A stretch of 63,249 nt of DNA, counting the filler, from Reticulomyxa filosa (taxonomy: Eukaryota > Protista > Foraminifera), in NCBI GenBank assembly GCA_000512085.1. It is 22 parts of 22 records of this genome, joined end to end, with 100 filler letters (N's around TTAATTAATTAA, not from the genome) between each part and the next. Parts side by side here need not be neighbours in the genome. Positions count along the whole stretch, not along the records: positions 1 to 8,262 come from ASPP01010089.1; positions 8,363 to 9,928 come from ASPP01025738.1; positions 10,029 to 15,337 come from ASPP01002964.1; 19 more parts are not named here. One strand, 5' to 3'. Below the pieces are notes generated by a model. It did not search any database. It worked only from the letters and a program-made list of their open reading frames with translations, and was not told where the DNA came from. Shown here piece by piece: positions 1 through 11,277 of the stretch. A program made the translations under genes and the position numbers. The number at the start of each line of letters is the position of its first letter. The first letter of the stretch is position 1.

Positions 1-1378
1 CTTTCATTATCATTTCACGGTCTTTTTGATCCATGTCTCCGTGCATTGCACTCACTGTGAAATCGCGTTGAATCATTTGATCGGTCAACCAATTCACCTT
101 TTTTTTTTTTTTTTTTTTTTAATATTTTATTTCAAAACCAAGACTAATTTCCAAGAGGAAGGAAAAACAAACAACAAAAAAATAACTTTTCGACGGGTGT
201 TGCAATAAATGATGGCTTGCGAAATCGTGATTGTCTCATACAAATCACACAACGTTGCAAACTTGTACTCTTCCTTTTCAACCGCAATAAAATATTGCTT
301 GATGCCATCCAAGGTCAATTCTTTCTTTTTCACCAATATTCGCACCGGATTTCGGAGAAACCGATTGGTCAACGTCAATATATCCACTGGCATTGTTGCA
401 CTGAACAACGCCACTTGAACGTCCTCAGGTAAAAATTTAAAGCATTCGTAAATCTTTGGTGTTTTTTTTTTATACGTAATGATTTAGAAATTATACGTTG
501 CAAAATAAAAATTTATATAAATATCACAAAAGTACAAACAAAACTTGGTCCTTGAACCCACGTGAAAGCATTTCATCCGCTTCGTCTAACACGAACAGCC
601 TCAACTTGTCCAAGCGCAATGTCCCGCGCTCAATCATGTCATTCACACGTCCTGGGGTTCCCACAACAACTTGTACCCCTCCTTTCAAAATGTCAATGTC
701 TTCACGCACCGCTGTTCCGCCTACACACGCATGGGTCGTCACTTTCATGTACTTTCCCAGGTCCGACATTACCTTTTTGTTTGTTGGTTTGGTTTTATGC
801 TCAATGTTATAACTCATAAAACAAATGCTCTTTTAAGAATTAAAAAAAAAAAAACAAACAAACTAACTTTGTGGATTTGCTGCGCTAACTCTCGGGTTGG
901 CGCCAAAATCAACACCTGACAGCTGGGTTCTTCTATTTTGAGCAGCTGCAGCGCTGCAATGCAGAACGTAGCTGTCTTGCCAGTGCCACTTTGCGCTTGC
1001 GCAATTGTGTCATGGCCTTCAATGATGGGCTTTATGCCTCTTTGCTGGATACCAGAAGGCTTTTCAAAACCAATGCCATAAATACCTCGCAGCAAGTTAT
1101 CATTTAAGTCCATGTCATCGAACGACTTTTATTTTTATCCCCCCCCCCATCAAAAAAACACCACACACTTCGCAAATAAAAGCAGCAAATACAAAAAACA
1201 CACAAAAATATTACGAAACATCGACGATCTTGTCCCAATTCGTTTTAAACTCATGGTCGTCTTTGAGATTTCTCTCGTCGACGGCTGAGTCCTTTGGTAG
1301 TGTAAAGTCCTCGAGTTCTGCTGTTAAAGTTTTCGCCTCAACAACTGACTTGGAAAATGTGTCAAAGCTCTGTGTCAT
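1..1378 (-). CDS. EIF4A: eukaryotic initiation factor 4A, DEAD-box helicase (3' end runs off the window)
   Basis: Spliced translation gives NWDKIVD|[71 protein letters not shown] at 1378. GT-AG introns at 1126-1219, 773-867, 454-544 and 98-186. Confidence 0.96.
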
Positions 1379-2309
1379 AATCCAAAAAAGAAAACAAAAT
1401 TTTCAAATTATTTAGCTTAATTTGCGTAAATTTTTGCTTGTTTGCTTAAAGAAAAAAAAAGAAAAAAGGTTCCCCTAAGGCCAACGACCTGTTCCTTAAA
1501 TAAAAAGTAACTACATCCAGAAAGATTAAACTAACTCGATTTTTCCATAAATATTCAAAAATATAGCAACTTTCTCTGTAAATTTTAAGTTTAAAACTTT
1601 TTTGTCCAATGTACAAGTACAATTTAAAGATTCAAACAATAGAATGTGAATACGATTGTGTGTTTTGATAACAAACTCAGAAATGCGGTTGGTTACAACA
1701 GTTTAAACACTAAATAACCCTTTAAAATACTGTTAATTGACATCTTTATTGTTAAGCAAACACTTTGCGAAATTTGCAAATTTGACAATTCGTTGTTTTT
1801 CTCACAAAATTACTTAAATTATTTTTCAAAAGAAAACACCTTTGAATTACTGCCATGACAAAAAGAGAATTAAGCGTGATGGTTGTTAAAATTATCAATT
1901 AATTCGACTCATTTAAAAATTTTTGCGCGTCTCAAATTTGCAAAATGGTTAATTTCAAATAGACAGGAATGTGTAACAATGTTGCAAGGATGCGATGTTT
2001 TTTGTTTGTTTTGGCATCAATTAAAGCCAAAAAAAAGAATTCTCACAAATTGACAAACGCCATCTTTTGTTTCAGATAAAATGTTTTGGTGACAATCATC
2101 AGAGAGACAAGCAAGAAAGTGAGTGGGAAAATTTTTTTTTCTTTTCTCCAGGCGCCTGAAAGGAATACGAAGGTAAAAAGCAATTTCATTGATGTATTTT
2201 TTAGGTATAGGTGTACTGTCATATTTTTCTATATGCACATCATATATCCAAAGAAGGCCAAAAATGAAAATGTTGAAAAGATGTTGTGTGTATTGCAAAA
2301 TTCAATCAA

Positions 2310-5300
2310 TCAAACAAAACCTAACGAAAAATCTCCAAAACCATAATCAATTTCTTCATCGACTTCATCGACAGGGAATTCGACATCACTGTAGCTGCGC
2401 AAAGTGCGAGTGGCCGGCTCTTGAAAATGCACAGGCAATTTTCTTCCCATTCCCAAACCTCCAGGAGGGAATCCTCTTCCATGTCCACCACTCGGTGGAA
2501 TTCCATTCGCGTCCACTCCGGATTGCATCCTACCCATCCCTCCACCAGTCGGAGGGAGTTGTAGTAGTCCTCCTCGTCCCATGCCTCCATTGGTGATCAT
2601 TTGTTGTCTTGACGGATGAATTTCCAATTGTGCATCATTATTCATCACTGCTGCTCCAAACGAAGACGAAATTGCTGGAATTAAGCCTATCACATTTTAG
2701 TCAAATAAAACATAAAATTGTTTGTGCCAAAGGGAAGGACGGAGGGAAGAAAGGGATGAAGAAAAAGTAAAGCTGAAGTTACTATAAATTTACCAGGGTT
2801 TGTATTGATAGCCATTCTTGGAGATTCATAGGCGTGGCCACTGATAGGATTGTTTCTATCAGCAAAGCCGCGATCTCTGCCACGTGGGTTATATCTCGAT
2901 CGTGCGTTCATTCCTCCAGCTCCTCGCCCTTCTCCCATGTATAAAGATCTGCCTCCTCGTCGCCTTCGATACCCGCCACCACCTTCTCGATCCCTGTCTC
3001 GATCTCGATCGCGGTCTCTGTCTCTGTCGTTCTCTCGATCTCTGTCTCTGTCTCTATCTCGATCACGGTCTCGATCTCTGTCCCTTTCACCACGTCGATT
3101 CATGCGGTGATCCCAGCCTCTGTCGCGTTCCCATTCCCTCTCTCTCTCATTTTCTTCTTCTTTGAATGATTGCATTGTTAGTCTATCTTCGTCCTTTTGA
3201 TAGTTTTGGAACATTCCACGCTCACGTTTCTGTAATTTATCATATGTTTGTTTGTTTTTTTTTTTAAAAAAAATAAAATTGGATCCATAAAAGGGATAAA
3301 GAGAAGACATTCACACTAAACTTTGGCAATTTCTTTGTCCAAATGCTCTTGATGTCTATTTCGAATGTGTTTGTGTACGTAGACATCGCCTTTAAACAAT
3401 TTGGTACATATTTTACATCGATACTTTCCATCGCCAACTTTCCGAGTGGAATCATCCAAAAACTTTTTTTCTTTGCGCTCTCGCCACGATGTTTCGTGAT
3501 ATTTGGTTTCCATAAGTTGAGCAATTCTGGAGTCAACATCTTTTTCCCACGGCGTAGGTTCTTGTGGAGATGTCATAACCATTGACAATGTCGTCAAAGT
3601 CGGCTCTTTTCTCACATGGGTCTGCATTCTCATTCATTGAAATAGTTTTGGTCCGCAATGTTTATAAATATATGTATATGTATGTATATGTGTGTGTATA
3701 CATATACATATACATATACAATGTAATAAATTATGTAGATCACAACAACCAAATGTTGATATGAAAGATGGAAAAGAAAACACATACACACGAATGCTAT
3801 AAGGCATACATTGGCACAACGTGCAAACAGGTGTTCATCGTTCAAGTATTGTTGTCCACAATAATAACAAACCAAATGCACCATACGCAAATACAACAGT
3901 AGCAAATTCAATTTGCGAATTTGATCTAATTCGGGCAGTACTTTGTATATAAGATTATCGTTCAAATCTATCCCGCATTCCTTGTCACATTTTTGACACA
4001 AGGCCAAGGCCTGTTTCGTGTCGTGCTTCACCCGATTTGGGAACAAGCCTTCGACCGGACATATCTTTGGTCTACGCCGCGATTTTTGTTTGGGCAACAA
4101 ACTCAAACAGTATTGATCATTAATCTGAAGGCCATTTAATCCTCCTGTTTTGTGTGAGGTCATTTATTGCAAAGAGAGGGTATGTGTACTTTTACAGTGT
4201 ATTTACACATATACATATATGTGTGTATATAACAACTGTCCTCAAATCGAAAGAGTGTATAAAAAAAAAAAAAAAAAAAAAAAAGGAAAAAAATGTCAAA
4301 CCGGCAGTGTGATGCAACAAGACTTTGCTGCAATTCTCTTGTGTATCAAATTCGACCCATCCGTACCTCACTTTTCTTGGATTTCGAATGGGGTCGCTCA
4401 GTATCATTTTTTTGAAGCCTGGCCGTTTGCTGAAATGTTCGACTAATTGTTCGCGTAAAATTTGCAATGGGATGGCTTGGATGAAAATGGAATTTTGGTA
4501 AAAGCGTTCAGAGTTGATAAAATGTGACCGTGAAGAAGAAAACGGCTCTCCAGGTAGGCCTGATGCTGCCACTGTAGAGGATATTTCTCCGCTGACGACA
4601 CCAGTCGTTTCATTTACTTCTTCAGACAATCGCCCCGAGACGCTGACATTTGACTTTGTAGTGGTGCCTTCTTCATTTATACACTCACTATCGACGTGAT
4701 CAGTTTTCGTTCTTTTTTCCTTGTCTTCTTCCGTTATCTCATCATCCACATCACCTTCTGCAGCTGTGTAATCAATACAATTAGTGGAGATAAAGAGAAT
4801 AAGGCACAACATAAGAAAGACATTCTTTTGCACGAAAATAAAAGAAAACAACTTTAAAAAAAAAAAAAAAACATAACATGGATACCGTCTCTATGCTCAA
4901 TAGGCCCTTCATTGGAGCTCAAAGTAGTTGTTGCAATAACTGTCTCTTTACTTTTGTCTCCCGTTTCTCCGGAAATATCCGTGGTTTGTTTGGTGTCAAG
5001 TGTAGCTTTATTGTTCGTATCTGCCTCCACTTCCAATTGCATTGTGGAAGGAACATAAAGTTGTTTGATTTTGTCCAGTAATTCCTCATGAGTAGGTTTG
5101 AAGATATTGTCGCCTTGGTTGCTGTTATCATTGCCAGTAGTCATATACAAACCAACTACATCGGCATTCAAATGGACTTCGGACAACTCATCTTTTAAAA
5201 ACTCTTTGAAAAAGCTTTGACTTTGTTTTTTCGCACGCAAGTTTCTTTCTTGTATCAGTGCGTCCACCATCACTGGGTCATATCTCTCACGAAACCTTTG

Positions 5301-6519
5301 AAAACACAAGAGCAAAATACATGAATGAATAAATGAGTAAACAAGTGGACTATGACAAAGTAACATATTTCATTTCATCAATTTTTTTTTTTAAAAAAAA
5401 AAGGGAGCGAAGAAGAGCGTAGCAAAGATGTGTGTGATACCATTGGTGATCTTTAAATTGTTCAAAAAAGAGCATATCTTGAGATTGTTCAAATTTTCCA
5501 CAGTACTCATTGTACTTGTCAAGTGCTTGTTGAGGTGAGATATCAGTATTTTTGATCATGGCCATAAAGTCCTTAAAAGAGACCGGTTCCTTGTTATTGG
5601 AATTGTTATTATTGGAAGTGCTTGAATGATTGTGGTCATCGCCGTCCATTCGATGGGTTACATTATTATGATCATCACCCATAGTAATGGCGCCTTTTCT
5701 CAAAACATCGCCAGTGACGCTGTCGACAATGGTGCCATTTTCCAACATGACGCCAACACCAGCAGCACTTCGAATTCCAAAGGATTCCAATTCTTGTGTC
5801 GTCAAATGTTTGCCATTATTATTATTATTGTTATTATTATTATTGTTGTTGTTGTTGTTTGTGCCAGCATTGCCAGCGTTTTTTGCAGCCGATTCTATTA
5901 ATGGACTTCGGCTTTTGGTGGTACTGCGACTACGACTATGACTTCGAGTTCGACTTCGACTTCTGCTGTTGTAGCGATTGGCAAAGGTGTTGTTCGCCTG
6001 GTTGTTGTTGTTATTCATTGGATTTCGACCGCGTCGATAAGTAAAGCGTCCAAATTCTCGATCTCGATTACGGTCTCGATCTCTGTCTCTATCTCGATCT
6101 CTGTCTCTGTCTCGATCTCTGTCTCTATCTCTGTCACGTTCTCGGTCCCTGTCTCTGTCGCGATCTCGATCTCCTCCTCGGTCGCGATCGCGGTCCCTAT
6201 CTCGGCCGTCGTTGTTTCTTCGGTTGTAATGTGACGACACATTGGACCGGAAATAGCTGTTGCGTCCGCCCACGCTGTGATAGCTGCGGTCCGCGTTGCG
6301 GTGGCTGCGACTATGGCTACGTGTACGTGAACGACTGTGGCTTCGTCGCAGTCCACGCTTGTTGCGGTGGATTGGAGGTGTGGGGATCTTGTGAACATTC
6401 GCCATCATTTGTTGTGTTATGCGCTCTTTCTCTATCATCTCTTTTTCTGCATTGTCATCCACAAAGCTTGGCTTGTCCAATGTGTCCACTGCTCCTGGAG
6501 TCGTGTCTATTGGATCCAT
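2310..6519 (-). CDS. SRRT: SERRATE/Ars2 (multi-exon; start codon uncertain)
   Basis: Motifs in Ars2 order: SFKDFM..ISPQQALDKYNEY..FFEQFKDHQW|FRERYDP; RRM SIFIQAIP..YGWVEFD; LLLYLRMVHLVCYYCG; C2H2 finger KYRCKICTKLFKGDVYVHKHIRNRH; C-terminal RSYSDVEFP. Confidence 0.9.
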
Positions 6520-7540
6520 GATACTTGTGTCTGTTTCTTTATTTTCACGACTGTCATCATACACCCCCCAAAACATTACAATAAAAAAAAAAAAAAAAAT
6601 GAAAAAATAAAAAAATAATTTTTTTTTTAAAAAAAAGGGGTTTGTTCAGCGTTCGTCATCGATTTCGATTCAGCACATTCAACATACACATACATACACA
6701 TTAACAACAAACAAAAAAAAAAAAAAGTTACGCAAATGCGAAACATTTTTTTGTCAAAAGGTTGTGACAAGTTTTTTGGGGGGGGGGAGAGGGGGTGCAG
6801 GAAGGGTGAAGAGGGAGGGAGAAGGTAAAAAAAAATTCCTCTTTTTTTTGTTCGTAAAATGATTCACACCAACAATACATCTTACAATTGCCATTTTGTT
6901 AGGTCACATTGGGCGTCCAAATAATTGTTGTGAATCAACAAAAAAATTTCCATAAATTAATACAGTTTTTCGTTGGCAAACAAAATCGGGGCAAAACAAA
7001 AATAAGAACAAAAAATAAAATAAGAGAGGCTGAGAAACCTATGAGAACGACTAGCGCTGTGTTTACTGCTCATGTTCACTGATTGAAGGTATTGAATTTC
7101 TGAAATTTCATTCATTTTAAAAAACTCTTTGGTTAGGAAAAAAACATTTAACACATACAATTTTATCTTATTTTGTAATTATATTTGCCGACTTGTAACA
7201 GCTTGTGCAATCTCCTTTTAAATGTGAAAAGTGTAACATGTATTATCACTGAATGAAGACAAAAATGTGGAAGATGAGTTATGCAAGGAAGTGTTGAGTG
7301 TCTCACTAAATAAAAAAAAAGGGTATCAAAGAAAAGGCGTATACACTGTTAATGCTTTGATTGTTATGAGCATATCTGAAAAATGAGTTTTTGGTGGAGA
7401 GAAGGACAAGAAAACAAAAAGACTTTTGCAAAGTGTAGAAAATAAACGGAAAGAAGCAAAACAAAAAAAAGGACAAATTCCTGCCCTCGTAAATTAAAAT
7501 CCCTTTCAATAAAAATGCAAAAAAAAAAAAAAAAAAAGAT

Positions 7541-8143
7541 TTAAATCATTGCAACTTTAAAGACAGCAAACAAGCCAAAGTGGTCACTTGGTAAAACCGG
7601 GACTTGTTTTTGAAAACCACTTGCATACGTTTTGGTATAGGTCAAGCGAGGAATAGGCTGAGTGCCAATGATATCAATAGTTTTGAGTTGAAGTCGAGAG
7701 CCTTCGGACTTGAACAAGATACGATCCAAACGACTTCGATACCGATGACCAAGCATAGGATTGTTGACGCCATCATAGGTGTAGCCGGGATTGGTTTGAA
7801 GATAGTTTTGTCCATGAGCTTCAATCCAACAGTCTTTCCAGGAAGGGGATAGCTTCATCCACCCGTCGTTCTCTTCCTTTGCCGTGGGGTCAACCCAATT
7901 CATGTCCCCCCCAAACATTACATGTCTACGGTTGGAGAGAGTCTCCAAGCTCAATTCCAGTTGTCGGCGTCGCTGTTTCGTGTATATCTCTTTTTTCCCA
8001 TCAATCGTCGGCCCAACCGGAGATTCCAAATGACTCGTCGCAAATGTCACCACCAAATTGTTCGCCAACTTTACATCAAAATATACCAACTCTCGACCCA
8101 TACCACTGTTTTCAAAAGGTACCACTTGAAGTATACCTTGCAC
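7541..8143 (-). CDS. TDP2: TDP2-like exonuclease/endonuclease/phosphatase (EEP) protein, last exon (5' part lost in the gap)
   Basis: MGREL, ATSHLES, FGGDMNW, WKDCW, GYTYDGVNNPML, RLDRILFK, PSDHFGL are EEP/TDP2 motifs. Confidence 0.8.
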   Translation of the reverse strand: MQGILQVVPFENSGMGRELVYFDVKLANNLVVTFATSHLESPVGPTIDGKKEIYTKQRRRQLELSLETLSNRRHVMFGGDMNWVDPTAKEENDGWMKLSPSWKDCWIEAHGQNYLQTNPGYTYDGVNNPMLGHRYRSRLDRILFKSEGSRLQLKTIDIIGTQPIPRLTYTKTYASGFQKQVPVLPSDHFGLFAVFKVAMI

Positions 8144-8262
8144 TTCGTGCCGAGTCAGTAATGTGCAAAAATATGCCTATTTTTTAATAACACAAATAAA
8201 TAAATAAATAAATATATATATACATATATATATGTATATATTTATTTATTTATTTATTTATT

Positions 8263-8362
8263 NNNNNNNNNNNNNNNNNNNNNNNNNNNNNNNNNNNNNN
8301 NNNNNNTTAATTAATTAANNNNNNNNNNNNNNNNNNNNNNNNNNNNNNNNNNNNNNNNNNNN
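8263..8362. other. artificial contig-joining spacer (first of 21)
   Basis: N44-TTAATTAATTAA-N44. Identical copies start at 9929, 15338, 18162, 23553, 24713, 26860, 28180, 32965, 35526, 37403, 38646, 42181, 46161, 47526, 53565, 55248, 57035, 58145, 60740 and 61842. Confidence 0.99.
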
Positions 8363-8463
8363 ATAATTCGCAATACAGTATATTTGCATATGAAAACACA
8401 AAATTTTATATATCTCGATATATATAAATCCTTAAGTAAATCCTTAAGGAATTAGTTAAAAAA

Positions 8464-9928
8464 ATGTTGTATCGCCACGATCAAGTTGATGGTGGTACTT
8501 ACCGGTTGCCAGAACACTTGGTTACGCCAAGTCAAAGTCAAAATCGTTTGAAAGATAAAGACAACTTTCAAAGGCCCGCAGCAACAGCGGAGAAACGAAC
8601 AATACCAACCAACTAGTGAAATTTTTTTTCCGAGACATCACGCAAGACTACGACAACAACAACAGCAACACGGCTACCTTGCTCCAACGTTTTTTAAGGT
8701 CTGATGTCGACAGACCGATCGAAACCAAGACAACAGTAGTAAAAACTACACCGCTTTCGTCCTCGTCCCAATTTAACATTGCAGAAAACAGACCTGTCGC
8801 CAAATATGTAGCGATTTTGGACCACGACACCAGACAGAGATGCAGAAGAAAAGGAAACAGAACAAGGTAGAGGAAGGGAGGACATCATATCATTCAGCGA
8901 GGACCGTTTCAATGGTAGCAAAGAACCAAGAAACCAGCATATCGATTTCATTCGCGTATCCCCTCCAGCCAATCAAAATTCTCGATTTGGACAATGAACC
9001 TGTTTCCACCACAACACAACTGTATGTAGTGAACGAGAGACAAACATTCAAAACAGACAGCATCGCAATCAAAGGCACAGCAAGCTTACCGGCAACTGGA
9101 CGAACATTGCAAATACACGAACATTCCAACGCAGAAAAAGCGATACCAGTCAAAGCGGATACTATCCAATTGCACCAGATACTTGGAACCGATAAAACCC
9201 GCGTAATTGAGATGATGCCACCTGAGCCACCACCGATCCAATTACCAAATCAACCAGTACAACCACCGGAACACATTGCGAGCACAGAAACCACAATTCC
9301 CCCCCCCCCCAGCCAAAACCATTCAACAAGCGAAAACGCGGACGTACCCGTATTGGAACCCAATAAACAATCGACAGCGTCAAATGAACCCGATGACAGC
9401 CAAGAATTCCGTGACCAAAATCTATCCAGCAATACACAAGATGACAATGCCTCCAGCGATGATACATTGGATTATAACAATAAAATTGCACAGCAGCAAG
9501 AAGATCTCAGAGCCCAACGATGAGAAAGAGGCAGCCATGATTGACGCCTTCGCAAAGGATGATATCTATGATATTGATTACGATGCAGTCCCGGACCCAC
9601 AAATCACCATACCAAAAGTAGATGATTTACAGTGGACAGACATTTGTCCAGTCAATGGATGCGGTGCAACCTTCAAAACAAACATACATGTGAACAAACA
9701 CATTGCAAGAGATCCTGACACCGTTATACACCGGCATATTACAATACATAAAAAAGGATATCATATCTCCACTGTCGAATCACAATACCAGCAAATCATG
9801 CAATACAGGGTATGCACCCCAAATGTTTAAAGGCGCTGAATCGCCAACAACCACAAATAACAGAAATAAAAATCGATTTCAATGGTCCCAGCGCAGATGA
9901 TGATGAATTAACACAATGGAGATTTCCA
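8464..9928 (+). mobile_element. degenerate intronless ORF with a C2H2 finger; possible 5' part of a non-LTR retrotransposon
   Basis: A/C-rich coding-like strand broken by stops and frameshifts; CPVNGCGATFKTNIHVNKH near 9646-9702. No reverse transcriptase is visible in the contig. Confidence 0.3.
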
Positions 9929-10094
9929 NNNNNNNNNNNNNNNNNNNNNNNNNNNNNNNNNNNNNNNNNNNNTTAATTAATTAANNNNNNNNNNNNNNNN
10001 NNNNNNNNNNNNNNNNNNNNNNNNNNNNTTTTTTTTTTTTTCCCAAGAAAAAACATAATTATAATACATTTTTTTTTGTCGTTAGTTCTCATAC

Positions 10095-10219
10095 CATGAA
10101 AAGCCACCTTTTCCCAATGTTTCGCCAACAAACCACTGCCCTATCTTATACGTATGAATGTTCATTTCGTCATTCAAAGGTGAATTTTCCTTATTATCGA
10201 CAACTAATGGAGTAGCCAT
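10095..10219 (-). CDS. protein kinase, first exon (remainder lost in the gap)
   Basis: MATPLVVDNKENSPLNDEMNIHTYKIGQWFVGETLGKGGFSW ends in the Gly-rich loop LGKGGFS, followed by a GTATGA donor at 10094. Below the ORF-track length cutoff. Confidence 0.75.
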
Positions 10220-10240
10220 GCAATCAAATTAATTTCTTAT

Positions 10241-10320
10241 AGTGATACACAAACTTTCCAGAAGCGCAGCAAGTTTTTTGTAGTGACACAAACTTCCCTG
10301 AAGCACATCAAGTTTTTTAG
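10241..10320. repeat. imperfect tandem duplication of about 40 bp just upstream of the kinase ATG
   Basis: agtgatacacaaactttccagaagcgcagcaagttttttgt followed by agtgacacaaacttccctgaagcacatcaagttttttag. Confidence 0.75.
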
Positions 10321-11097
10321 AACGAAATTATTGGAAAACATTAAAAAATTGACACCAAATCAGACACTGTAATGATCACAAAACAGACAATACTAATGAG
10401 CACTGACCCGAAAGTTGGTATCACTCATGTTACACTCCAGAAAAAGTTTAAAATGGCTTATTTTTCTCCAGTATATAATTATTGATTTAGTTTCAAAAAT
10501 TGTCAATGCTATTACATTCTCCGAAGCTGTTTTCAATTAAAATTAATTCTATCAAAAGATTAGGAGAAACGTATTTGAAGAACGAAAGCGCTTGAAAAAA
10601 AAAAAGACTTTTGGTATATACAAAAACGTTCATAATATATTTACATTTCTTTCAAAATGAAAAATTATTGTGTAAATAATCAAAGTACAGCAGTACAATC
10701 TACATACACAAGCAATTAATTTTTAACAGTTTATTTAATAAGACAATTGAATTTTAGTATAATTTCCTGTTGGTGGTTCACTACTTCAAATAACACCGGA
10801 ATTTTTTCGTTGATTACGTATGCTTGCGTTCAACCGTTCCTACTTGATTGAAAATGTTCCAACGTTTTCAGTTGCAATACAAAATTTCACTAAAACAACA
10901 AAAGAATGTCAATGTAACTAATGTTTTTTTATTTTGTTGAAATAAAAATGTTTCAATGCAAAGTCCTAATAACACGCGAAAGCAATGTCGGAATTTAATG
11001 CGACATAATTTTGGGATCATTTGTTCAATATAATCATATTTACTTATCCATTTGCCAAAACCAACATTTATTTTTCAAACGCCAAGACATTATAGAC

Positions 11098-11277
11098 TGT
11101 GTTTCATAATACAAGGGTAACCGGTTTTCCTTCCCACATTACGTTCGCTGAATAACTGCCGAACACAGCCGGCACGTAATCCACTGGGATTTCGTTGCTT
11201 ATATAGATCACCAACAACGCTGTCTTGTTTGAATCCATGTCCACTATAGATACTAATTTCAATGTTCTTATGTACAT
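11098..11277 (-). pseudogene. Rho/Rac-family small GTPase pseudogene
   Basis: MYIRTLKLVSIVDMDSNKTALLVIYISNEIPVDYVPAVFGSYSANVMWEGKPVTLVL*NT matches the Rac N-terminus (Y.[25 protein letters not shown]). The P-loop is degenerate and the Trp codon has become TGA. Confidence 0.8.
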
